Shown: positions 48,638 through 56,816 of the stretch, piece by piece
Numbering within the stretch: the first letter of the stretch is position 1
How the letters are laid out: the number at the start of each line of letters is the position of its first letter
The notes under the pieces: generated by a model
Seen by the model: the letters and a program-made list of their open reading frames with translations, nothing else
What the model was told of the DNA's origin: nothing
Database searches by the model: none
Program-made: the position numbers and the translations under genes
NCBI GenBank assembly: GCA_964515075.1
Contig: CAZETE010000003.1
Span: 14,254 to 78,253 of the forward strand
Origin: an uncultured Actinomycetota bacterium
GTDB lineage: Bacteria > Actinomycetota > Geothermincolia > Geothermincolales > Geothermincolaceae
Reading direction: 5' to 3'
Length of the DNA stretch: 64,000 nt

Positions 48638-49768
48638 ATGAAAGCCAAGGAGAGGATAGACACCGCGATACGCCTGGGCAAGCCCGACCGCATACCGGTG
48701 GTGCCCATGATCGACAGCTTCGCGGCACGCTATGCCGGCGTGACCCAGCACGACATGCTCTTCAACATCTTCCGCTCCGACCGCGCCTTCCTGCGCGTCC
48801 ACCGCGAGCTGGGCCCCATCGACGGCTTCAACTACTCCAACGCCGGGCTGGCCCGGCTGATGGACTCCCTCTCCATCATCCCCCCCATCTGGCCCGGGGT
48901 GGGCGGGGTGGACGAGAACGCCCTCTGGCAGTTCGTGGAGAAGACGGTGATTAAGCCGGAGGACTACCCCGCCCTGGCCGCGAAACCCGGGGCCTTCATG
49001 CGCGACAAGGCCATCGAGCTGCGCTCCGAGCTCAAGGGCCTGTGCGGCTTCTACCTCTACAAGGCCCTGGGCTTCCTCGACGGCCTCAAGGTGATGCTCT
49101 CCTGCCGGATCTGGCGGATGCGGGGCATCGAGCCCATGGTGGGGGCGAACAACATCCTCTTCCCCCTGGAGCAGATCTCCACCCAGCTCCGCTCCTACTC
49201 CGACTTCGTCACCGACCTCTACCGCCACGGGGAGGACCTCAAGCGGGCCGCCCACGCCATGCTCAAGACCTGGTTCCCGCTCTGCCTGGCCGGGCCTTAC
49301 ATCTCCGGGGTGCGGCGCGCCCTCATCGGCATGACGCGCACCAGCGCCACCCTGATGTCGCCCCGGCAGTTCGAGGAGTTCGCCCTGCCCGACCTGGAGG
49401 AGCTGTGCGCCTACCTCATCCGGCACGGCATCACCCCGGTGCTCCACCTGGACAACGAGTGGACCGCCTTCTTCCCCTTCTTCCGCCGCCTGCCCCGGGC
49501 GAAATGCGTCCTCAACCTGGACGGCTCCTCCGACATCTTCGCCGCCAAGGAGGTGCTGGGCGACCACATGTGCATCATGGGGGACGTGCCGGCCACCCTG
49601 CTCAAGCTGTCGGAGCCGGAGGAGGTGGAGGCATACTGCGAGCGCCTCATCCGAGAGGTCGGGGCGGACGGGGGGTTCATCCTCTCCTCCGGCTGCGACA
49701 TCCCCATCGACGCCAAGCCGGAGAACGTCCGGGCCATGCTACAATCGGTGCATAAGTTCAAATATTAG
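48638..49768 (+). CDS. URO-D-family protein, likely MT1 B (tandem paralog)
   Basis: Same motifs as 47476-48621; colinear along its full length. Confidence 0.8.
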   Translation: MKAKERIDTAIRLGKPDRIPVVPMIDSFAARYAGVTQHDMLFNIFRSDRAFLRVHRELGPIDGFNYSNAGLARLMDSLSIIPPIWPGVGGVDENALWQFVEKTVIKPEDYPALAAKPGAFMRDKAIELRSELKGLCGFYLYKALGFLDGLKVMLSCRIWRMRGIEPMVGANNILFPLEQISTQLRSYSDFVTDLYRHGEDLKRAAHAMLKTWFPLCLAGPYISGVRRALIGMTRTSATLMSPRQFEEFALPDLEELCAYLIRHGITPVLHLDNEWTAFFPFFRRLPRAKCVLNLDGSSDIFAAKEVLGDHMCIMGDVPATLLKLSEPEEVEAYCERLIREVGADGGFILSSGCDIPIDAKPENVRAMLQSVHKFKY

Positions 49769-49819
49769 AGGGGCGCCGGGCTCGGGAGCCCGGGACGCCG
49801 CGGGAAGAAGGGGGAGGCC

Positions 49820-50641
49820 GTGTTCTTTCGCAAGACCAAGTGGAGATTCTTCCTCTACGCGCTGCCCTTCTGGCAGCCGCTGACGGACAGGTGGGCCTCC
49901 GTCACCAACTGGCCCATCGTCGGCAAGGCCTCACAGTACCTGCACAACGACGAGCACTACGACGTGACCTTCATCCCCGTGAACCAGGACATCGAACAGG
50001 ACCCCTCCACCGTCCTGCCCCGCCAGGTGGCGGAGGAGATGTGCCGCCGCGCCGCCCACCGGGTCATCCTGCCCATCTGCCTCTGCCGGGTGGGATGCCG
50101 CTGCCAGGACCACCCCATGGAGATCGGCTGCATCTTCATGGGCGAGAGCGCCAAGCAGATCGACCCCAGCATGGGCCGGGCGGTCTCGGTGGAGGAAGCC
50201 ATGGAGCACATCGACCGGGCCATCCGGTCCGGCCTGGTGCTGCAGATCGGGCGGGTGGACGCCGACCCCTTCATGCTGGGCATCAAGCCCCGCGACCGCG
50301 ACCGCTTCCTCACCCTCTGCTTCTGCTGCCCCTGCTGCTGCGTGGCCATGCGCAACATGCCCCGCTGGGCGCCGGAGTTCAAGGCGCGCATGCACGCCCT
50401 GGAGGGATTGAGCATCGAGGTGACCGACGATTGCAACGGCTGCGGCCGCTGCGTCGACGCCTGCTTCGCCGGGGCCATCTCCATCGAGGGGAAACGGGCA
50501 GTCATCAGCGACGCCTGCAAGGGGTGCGGCATCTGCGCCTCCACCTGCCCCCGCCACGCCGTGGTCGTCCGGGTGGAGGACGGCAACCGCATGCTCGAGG
50601 AGGCCTTCCGCCGCATCGAGCGCTACGCCGACGTCACCTGA
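49820..50641 (+). CDS. Cys-rich 4Fe-4S dicluster protein
   Basis: CLCRVGCRC, GCIF, CFCCPCCC, CNGCGRCVDAC, CKGCGICASTCP. Confidence 0.85.
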   Translation: MFFRKTKWRFFLYALPFWQPLTDRWASVTNWPIVGKASQYLHNDEHYDVTFIPVNQDIEQDPSTVLPRQVAEEMCRRAAHRVILPICLCRVGCRCQDHPMEIGCIFMGESAKQIDPSMGRAVSVEEAMEHIDRAIRSGLVLQIGRVDADPFMLGIKPRDRDRFLTLCFCCPCCCVAMRNMPRWAPEFKARMHALEGLSIEVTDDCNGCGRCVDACFAGAISIEGKRAVISDACKGCGICASTCPRHAVVVRVEDGNRMLEEAFRRIERYADVT

Positions 50642-50688
50642 GCTTGCGCCCGCCTCCCTCCGTGCCCCCTTGAACCCGGCGGGCACGA

Positions 50689-50721
50689 CCCCGCAGGCGG
50701 GCTGGGAGGGATCCTGCGGGG
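50689..50721 (+). terminator. GC hairpin after the 4Fe-4S gene
   Basis: CCCCGCAGG (50689-50697) pairs with CCTGCGGGG (50713-50721). Confidence 0.4.
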
Positions 50722-50810
50722 CGCCGGTCCCGGCCCCTCCTGGGCCGGTGCGGCCCGATGGCGTTATAATGCTGGTAGCCGGAGCAGGGCAGGAGCAGGA
50801 AGGACAGGGC

Positions 50811-51275
50811 ATGGAAGGGCAGCAGGTGAGTCAGGAGCCGGCGCCGCAGGCGCAGGATGGGGTGAGCGGGAAGAAGGTGGCGCTCATCTTCTTCCTCATC
50901 TTTTTGGGCCTACTGGCCATCGCGGGCGCGGCCTTCGGCATCTATGTCTGGCGCTTCAACGCCGCCATAAACGACATCTCCATCGAGCCCGTCGACCTCC
51001 TGCAGCTGCCGGACGGCGCCTACTTCGGCAACCGGAGCGTCTTCCACGTGGAGGTCTCGGTTAGCGTCGTGGTCAAGGCCCACCAGATCGTGGCCATCGA
51101 CGTGCTGGACGCGGGGTCCACGGGCAACGGCGGCCAGGGCAAGGAGAACCTGGACCTGCTCATCTCGCGGATCATCGAGTCGCAGGACGTCCGGGTGGAC
51201 ACGGTCAGCGGGGCCACCGCCACCCAGAAGGTCTTCTTGAAGTCAGTGGAGGGGGCCCTGACCCGCGGGGACTGA
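50811..51275 (+). CDS. Membrane-anchored FMN-binding (flavinylated) protein
   Basis: One TM helix, then DGAYFG...VDTVSGAT flavinylation motif; TATAAT at 50765-50770; start reset to ATG 50811. Confidence 0.85.
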   Translation: MEGQQVSQEPAPQAQDGVSGKKVALIFFLIFLGLLAIAGAAFGIYVWRFNAAINDISIEPVDLLQLPDGAYFGNRSVFHVEVSVSVVVKAHQIVAIDVLDAGSTGNGGQGKENLDLLISRIIESQDVRVDTVSGATATQKVFLKSVEGALTRGD

Positions 51276-51319
51276 CGGACGGGGCGCCCGCCCGGAGAAA
51301 CCCCGCCCGGACGGAGGGG

Positions 51320-51787
51320 GTGAGCCCGCTGAACGGGGCAGTCGTTTACTGCGGCAGGCACGACAGCTTGAGAAAGCTGGCCGAGGGCATCGCCGGCGGC
51401 CTGGCGGAGTCGGGTTACGTCGTATCCTTGATGGAGGCGGAGTCGGTGGAGCACCTCGACCCCGACCTGGTCTTCCTGGTGGTGGGCTCCCCCGCCCGCG
51501 CCGGCAGGGCGGCGAGGGCCCCCTCGAGGCTCATCAAGCGCCGGATGGGCGGGGGGTGGGCGGGCAAGCCCTATGCCGTCTTCGCTACGGGCATCCGGGA
51601 CGGGGGCGGCGAGCCGCAGTCCAAGGGGGCCGACCAGCTCCACCGGCTGCTGCGGGAGCGCGGCCTGCTCCCGCTGGCGGAACCCTTCAAGGCCTGCGTA
51701 CAGGCGGCGAAGGGGCCGCTGGAGGAGGGCGAGTTCGAGCGTGCCGTCCAGTTCGGCAGGGACCTCGCCGCCGCCCTGCGCCGCTGA
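51320..51787 (+). CDS. Flavodoxin-like protein
   Basis: VVYCGRHDSL..LAEGIA, VVGSP, YAVFAT, GPLEEGE.ERA..FG. Confidence 0.7.
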   Translation: MSPLNGAVVYCGRHDSLRKLAEGIAGGLAESGYVVSLMEAESVEHLDPDLVFLVVGSPARAGRAARAPSRLIKRRMGGGWAGKPYAVFATGIRDGGGEPQSKGADQLHRLLRERGLLPLAEPFKACVQAAKGPLEEGEFERAVQFGRDLAAALRR

Positions 51788-51840
51788 CCCCGCCGCCGCC
51801 GGACCGGCCCCGCTTCTTCCTGGGGCCCTTTCGCCGAGGG

Positions 51841-51897
51841 TTGACAACCGCCGCGAGTGTCCTATCATAGATTACAAAAGTGTCTGACATTCAGACA
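51841..51897 (+). promoter_or_regulatory. Promoter plus FadR-type operator
   Basis: TTGACA 51841, TATCAT 51863; inverted repeat TGTCTGA-CAT-TCAGACA 51881-51897 (GTC-T-GAC matches the FadR consensus GTM-N-KAC). Confidence 0.75.
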
Positions 51898-52004
51898 TAT
51901 TTATTTGCCGAATATCCACCATATTCGCAGCAGCCCGCAGCCGTTTCACCGCACCGGACAGCACACATCCACCAGGCGAGTACGCTCGGAGAGGCGGTGA
52001 GAGA

Positions 52005-52784
52005 GTGGCCGTAGGGGAGATCCTCCGCATCGACCGGGCCCCCTCCATGCCCGACCTGGTGGCCGGGCGCATCCGGGACATGATCGCCTCCGGAGCCCTT
52101 GAGCCCGGCGACTGCATCCCCCCCCAGACCGCGCTGGCCGGACAGATGGAGGTGAGCCGCGCCAGCGTGCGCGAGGGGCTCAGGTCCCTGGAGGCGGGGG
52201 GGTACATCCAGAGGCTGCCCAACGGCAGGTACCGCGTCACCGCCCTCACCGGGGGCCGGCTGCCCAACCCCCTCCTGGCGGTGCTCAGGTCGGACCCTTC
52301 GCTGGTGTGGGACCTGCTGGAGGCGGCGGAGGTGATGGTGGTGGAGGCGGTGCGCCTGGCGGCGGTGCGCGCCGGCGGAGAGAGCATCCGGAAGATGGGG
52401 GAGACGGTGCGGCAGATGGAGGAGTGCAGCCGCAGCCGCCGCCGCTTCGTGCGCGAGTTCATCCGCGTTTACTCCAATTTCTACGAGGCGCTGGCCGGCG
52501 CCACCGGCAACGTCGTCTACCTCCACCTGGGCCACGCCTTCCTGGAGGTGCTGGCGGAGGCCCTGCCCTACCCGGACAAGCTCTTCCTGGTGCAGGCCGA
52601 CATCTCCACCGTGCTCTACCGCCAGCACCTGGACATCTGGGAGGCCCTGCGGGACGGCGACCCGGGAGCGGCCGCGGCCGCCTTCCGGCGCCACCTGGGC
52701 TTCATCGAGGAGAAACTGCGGATGATCCTGGGGGCGGATGAAGGCCGGAACGCGAAGCCGGCCCTGGACCAAGGGGGTGGATGA
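52005..52784 (+). CDS. FadR-subfamily GntR regulator
   Basis: I..G.LEPGD.IP....LA.QM.VSRASVREGL; FCD domain with ATGN and H..I..A. Confidence 0.92.
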   Translation: MAVGEILRIDRAPSMPDLVAGRIRDMIASGALEPGDCIPPQTALAGQMEVSRASVREGLRSLEAGGYIQRLPNGRYRVTALTGGRLPNPLLAVLRSDPSLVWDLLEAAEVMVVEAVRLAAVRAGGESIRKMGETVRQMEECSRSRRRFVREFIRVYSNFYEALAGATGNVVYLHLGHAFLEVLAEALPYPDKLFLVQADISTVLYRQHLDIWEALRDGDPGAAAAAFRRHLGFIEEKLRMILGADEGRNAKPALDQGGG

Positions 52785-54040
52785 TGGGTTACGCGGACGT
52801 CTTTCCGCGGCTTTCAGCCGGGGTGTCCCAGGCCGACCTGGCCCTGGCCCGGGCCTTGCGGGACTGGGGGGAGAACGAGGTGGCGGGCAAGCGCCTGGAG
52901 TTGAAGGAGGACTACGAAGGGCTGCTCAAGCCGGCCATGCGCAAGCTCTTCTGGGATATCGGCATGCAGAAGATCGCCTGGCCGGAGCGGCTCGACGGGG
53001 GCGGCCAGGACACGCCGGACCTGGCCCCGACCATGGCGACGGCCCTGGAGGAGATCGGCCGCGCCGACACCGGCATCGCCTGCCTGCTCGCCGTCGACCT
53101 CGCCTTGAGCGCGGCGGTGGCCATGCCCCCGGGTCCGCCCGGGGCCCTGCTGGAGAGGATGGCCGGCGATTTCTGCCGGTCCGGCAGGGCGGTCGTCGTC
53201 TCGCTGGTCCTTCCGGCCCTGGGGGGCAGGGCCGCCGGCAGCCTGGGCGAGTACCGCGGCAAGACCGTCCCCCTGGCCAGGCCGGAGGGCGGAGGGTGGG
53301 CCGTGGACGCGCGGGGCCTGCGCCCCTTCAACTCCGGGGCCGACGCCGACTTCTTCTGCGTGGCCTGTTCCGCCGCCGAAGGCGAATCCCCCCTGCTGCT
53401 GATGGTCCCCGGCGACGCGGCGGGCCTCAAGCGCGGGGCGGAGTTCAAGAAGACCGGGCTGGCCGCCAGCCGCAATGCCGACATAGACCTCGAGAACGTG
53501 AAGGTACCGGCGGAGCAGGTGCTGCTGCGGGGGGAAGCGGCCTGGCGCGGGCTCCTCTCCTGGCTGTGCCTGGGGATGAGCGCCACCTGCACCGGCGCCC
53601 TGCTGGCCGCCTACGAGATCATCCGGGAATGGGGGGACACCCGGGTGATCAAGGGGCGGGGGTGCGCCTTCCGGGACAACCCCCTGACCGCCTCGCTGAT
53701 GGCGGAGATCGCCACCACCGCGACGGTGGCGCGCCTGCTCACCGGCTCGCTGTCCCAGCTGCTGGCCGAGCCTTCCGTCCACGGGGACGCCGGCTCCGAG
53801 AGGGTCTGGGCGGCCGCCTGGGGCGTTTTCAACCGGGTGAGCGCCTCGGCGGAACAGGCCATCGACAACACCATGGAGCTGATGGCCTCGGCCGGCTACG
53901 CCAAGGAGTGGCAGCTGGAAAGGTACTGGCGCGACGTCAAGACCGTCGCGGTCAGCATGGGCAGCCGTGAGCTGGGCAAGATGGACCTGGCCCGCTGGTT
54001 CTACGGGGCCCGGCCGCTGGGAGGAGGTGGAGGGGAATGA
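52781..54040 (+). CDS. Degenerate acyl-CoA dehydrogenase-fold protein A
   Basis: WPERLDGGG, EEIGRAD, MELMASAGYAKEWQLERYWRD; TEP and YEG motifs absent. Confidence 0.85.
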   Translation: MMGYADVFPRLSAGVSQADLALARALRDWGENEVAGKRLELKEDYEGLLKPAMRKLFWDIGMQKIAWPERLDGGGQDTPDLAPTMATALEEIGRADTGIACLLAVDLALSAAVAMPPGPPGALLERMAGDFCRSGRAVVVSLVLPALGGRAAGSLGEYRGKTVPLARPEGGGWAVDARGLRPFNSGADADFFCVACSAAEGESPLLLMVPGDAAGLKRGAEFKKTGLAASRNADIDLENVKVPAEQVLLRGEAAWRGLLSWLCLGMSATCTGALLAAYEIIREWGDTRVIKGRGCAFRDNPLTASLMAEIATTATVARLLTGSLSQLLAEPSVHGDAGSERVWAAAWGVFNRVSASAEQAIDNTMELMASAGYAKEWQLERYWRDVKTVAVSMGSRELGKMDLARWFYGARPLGGGGGE

Positions 54041-55311
54041 GGCTGCGCACCATCGACGATATCACCCGGCCGCGGGAGTACCTCTCCCCCCTGGACGAGT
54101 ACCTGGGGGGGATCATCCGCAAGTGGGCCGACACGGAGGTCATCCCCCACCGGCGCCGTTACGACGAGGACTGGAAGGACCACGAGCTCATCGAGCCCGC
54201 CTTCCGCAAGCTGATGGGGGAGATGGGCCTGCAGCGCCTGCTCTTCCCCGAGGACCTGGGGGGCTGGGGCATGGGCCACTCGGACTACCTGGGCACCGGG
54301 GCCTACCGCATGTTCGAGGAGGTCGCCCGGGCGGACTCGGCCATGGCCGTCGCCTTCGGCGTGGTCTTCTGGCCGCTGGTGATGATCTGCAACGAGCCCC
54401 ACGTCAACCGGCGGCTGTGCGAGGAGTTCGCCCCCCTCTTCTGCTCCACCACCGAGGCGGTCTTCGCCGCCAACGCCATGACCGAGCCGCAAGGGGGGGC
54501 GGACATCGAGAACGTGGAGGTCCTCGGCGGCTCCACCATCCAGACCACCGCGGTGAGGGACGGGGACGAGTGGGTGATCAACGGCCACAAGCTCTGGCCC
54601 ACCAACTCGGGCGGCGTCTCCAGCCTCTTCTCGGTCATCTGCACCACCGATCCCGGCGTCAACGACCCCGCCAACTTCGCCTTCATCTTCGTCCCGGCAG
54701 GCCTGCCCGGGGTGACCCAGGGCGGGCCCTACGAGAAGGCGGGCATGGCCGCGGACAAGAACGGCGACATCTGGTTCGAGAACGTGCGGGTGCCCTCCTG
54801 GTACCGCGCCTTCGGGCCGGGGCTGGACTTCGAGTACTTCAAGGAGGTGGTGGCCCTGGGCAACATGGGCTCCGTCGCCTTCGTCTCCGGCGCCATGATC
54901 AACGTCTACGAGCGGCTCTACGACTTCGTCACCGAGCACAGCTTCGGGAAGAGGGCCTTAAAGGAGCACGACGCGGTGGCCGGGGTGCTGGCGGACTTCG
55001 CCGCCTCCCTGGAGGTCATCCGCATCGTCGGCTACCAGCTGGCGCGGATGATGGACCGCCCGGACGTCTACGGTCCGCGCTGGGCGGCGGAGAACGTGGC
55101 CAAGGGGCGCGCCTACAAGTACTTCGCCTGCGACCGCGCCATGACCGAGATCGGCCGGGTGCTCAACCTGATGGAATCGCTGGGGGCGGACCGCGACTCC
55201 GACGTCGAGAAGCACTGGCGCGACCTGAAGATCGTCCAGCTGTGGATGGGCGGCAAGCAGCTCTGCCAGATGGAAGTGGCCCGCTGGTTCTTCGAGTGCG
55301 AGACCCTCTAG
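54037..55311 (+). CDS. Acyl-CoA dehydrogenase-fold protein B
   Basis: FPEDLGG.G, EEVARADS, AMTEPQGGAD, INGHKLWPTN, EKHWRDLKIVQLWMG. Confidence 0.92.
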   Translation: MRLRTIDDITRPREYLSPLDEYLGGIIRKWADTEVIPHRRRYDEDWKDHELIEPAFRKLMGEMGLQRLLFPEDLGGWGMGHSDYLGTGAYRMFEEVARADSAMAVAFGVVFWPLVMICNEPHVNRRLCEEFAPLFCSTTEAVFAANAMTEPQGGADIENVEVLGGSTIQTTAVRDGDEWVINGHKLWPTNSGGVSSLFSVICTTDPGVNDPANFAFIFVPAGLPGVTQGGPYEKAGMAADKNGDIWFENVRVPSWYRAFGPGLDFEYFKEVVALGNMGSVAFVSGAMINVYERLYDFVTEHSFGKRALKEHDAVAGVLADFAASLEVIRIVGYQLARMMDRPDVYGPRWAAENVAKGRAYKYFACDRAMTEIGRVLNLMESLGADRDSDVEKHWRDLKIVQLWMGGKQLCQMEVARWFFECETL

Positions 55312-55325
55312 GCGGTGATGCGGCC

Positions 55326-56003
55326 ATGCAGGAGACGACCAGGCAGGCCGGCATGGTGGACGCCGCCAACCGCGTCGCCCGCGAGCTGCTCCGGACCCCG
55401 CGCTTCAAGGAGGGCCTCAAGATGGTGCTCGACTCGCTGGACCCGGAGTCCGCGCCGGAGCTGGTGCGCACGCTGGTCTGGGAGGATACCGACGTCTTCC
55501 TCTCCCTGGCCGGCTCGCTGCCCCGGCTCCTGAACATCTTCTTTTACGCCTTGAAGGAGCTGGCGGAGCAGCTGGGCAGCTTCCCCCCGGAGATGCTCTC
55601 CGGCTTCCTGGCCGGGGCCGTGGAGGGCCTGGAGGGAGAGGCGCTGGGGGAGGCGCTGGGGAGCGCGGCGCGTCTCCTCGCCCGGGTGTCGGAGGCGTCC
55701 GGCGAGAGGGTGCCCCGGAGCGCCGGGGAACTCGCCCGCTCGGCGGGCCGGGGCTTCGCCGGGGCCCGCCATCCCGGCGGGCAGGCCGAGGAGCCCTCCC
55801 CGGCCGCGGCTGCGCTGGCCGCCGTGAGCCGGGCGGTCAAGGCCGCGGCGGCGGCGGCCGCGGTGGAGGGCTCTCCCGCCCGCCGGGCCCTGAAGGCCTG
55901 CGCGGAGGACCTGGCCGGGGCCGTGCGGGAGCACCCGGAACTGGTCCGGGAGGCGGCCCCCGTCCTCGAGGCCCTGCGCGCCGCGGGCTGGGGGGTGGCG
56001 TGA
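55326..56003 (+). CDS. Unknown all-helical protein H1
   Basis: Start reset to ATG 55326; N-terminal half aligns by eye with 56003-56746. Confidence 0.75.
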   Translation: MQETTRQAGMVDAANRVARELLRTPRFKEGLKMVLDSLDPESAPELVRTLVWEDTDVFLSLAGSLPRLLNIFFYALKELAEQLGSFPPEMLSGFLAGAVEGLEGEALGEALGSAARLLARVSEASGERVPRSAGELARSAGRGFAGARHPGGQAEEPSPAAAALAAVSRAVKAAAAAAAVEGSPARRALKACAEDLAGAVREHPELVREAAPVLEALRAAGWGVA

Positions 56004-56746
56004 TGGAGAAGACGGTGCCGGCCGCGGGCGCGGAGACCTCCGGAGCCCTGCCGCGGGTGATGCGGGAGCTCATCCGCACCCCCGTGTTCCGGGAGCTGCT
56101 CAAGCTGAACCTGCGGGAGGCGCCCCACGGCAGCGCCGCGGAGCTGGCGCGGGTCCTCGTCTTCGAGGACGTAGACATCTTCCTGAGCCTGTTCGGCTCA
56201 TCCCCCCAGGCCGTCAACTCCGCAAGCGAGTTCCTGCTGGAGCTGGCGCGGCAGCTCGAGAGCTTTCCCCCGGAAGTGCTGCGCGCATTCATCCGGCGCA
56301 TGGGCGCCAAGGTCGAGGTGGAAGCCGTCAAGGCCCTGCCGGGGGCCGTCTCGCCCCTCTTCGACGCCCTGCTCTGGAGCGATGCAGCCGCGGTGCAGGG
56401 CCTGCGCGACCTGCTGGCGGCGGCGGCCAACGCTGCCCTCTGGGGCGGCGCGGACGTCCTCAAGCGCCTGGAGGAGGCCCCGGCCGGCGGCGGGCGTCGG
56501 CCCGGGCTGGACGCCGAGGCGGTGGCCGAACTGATCAACGCGGGAGCCCGCACCTTCGGCATGGCCGCCTCCTCCCGCCCCGCCTTCCTGGCCGAGGTGG
56601 CCACCCACCTCGACCGCGAGGCCCTGCGCGCCGCGGCCGACGGGGCGCTCGACGCCGTCTCGGAGGCCGGCATCTCCGTGGTGGCGGCGTTCTCCTGGGC
56701 CCTGAAGGCGGCCTGGAAGATCATTAAAGGTAAGCTTAAGAGTTAG
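56003..56746 (+). CDS. Unknown all-helical protein H2 (paralog of H1)
   Basis: TGATG coupling to H1; shares REL.RTP.F.E.L..SA.EL.R.LV.ED.D.FLSL.GS.P..N..L.ELA.QL.SFPPE.L with H1. Confidence 0.8.
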   Translation: MEKTVPAAGAETSGALPRVMRELIRTPVFRELLKLNLREAPHGSAAELARVLVFEDVDIFLSLFGSSPQAVNSASEFLLELARQLESFPPEVLRAFIRRMGAKVEVEAVKALPGAVSPLFDALLWSDAAAVQGLRDLLAAAANAALWGGADVLKRLEEAPAGGGRRPGLDAEAVAELINAGARTFGMAASSRPAFLAEVATHLDREALRAAADGALDAVSEAGISVVAAFSWALKAAWKIIKGKLKS

Positions 56747-56816
56747 CTATATTGGCTGAGGGCGGTGGTCCCTGCCGGCCCGGACCCGGACGGGGACCCC
56801 ACCGAGAGGAAGGCAG

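Noticed and set aside
47476-49768. Heme-pathway uroporphyrinogen decarboxylase (hemE)
   Set aside because: The QAGRY motif is absent, a C-terminal GC metal motif is present, and the context is corrinoid/MT2 rather than tetrapyrrole synthesis.
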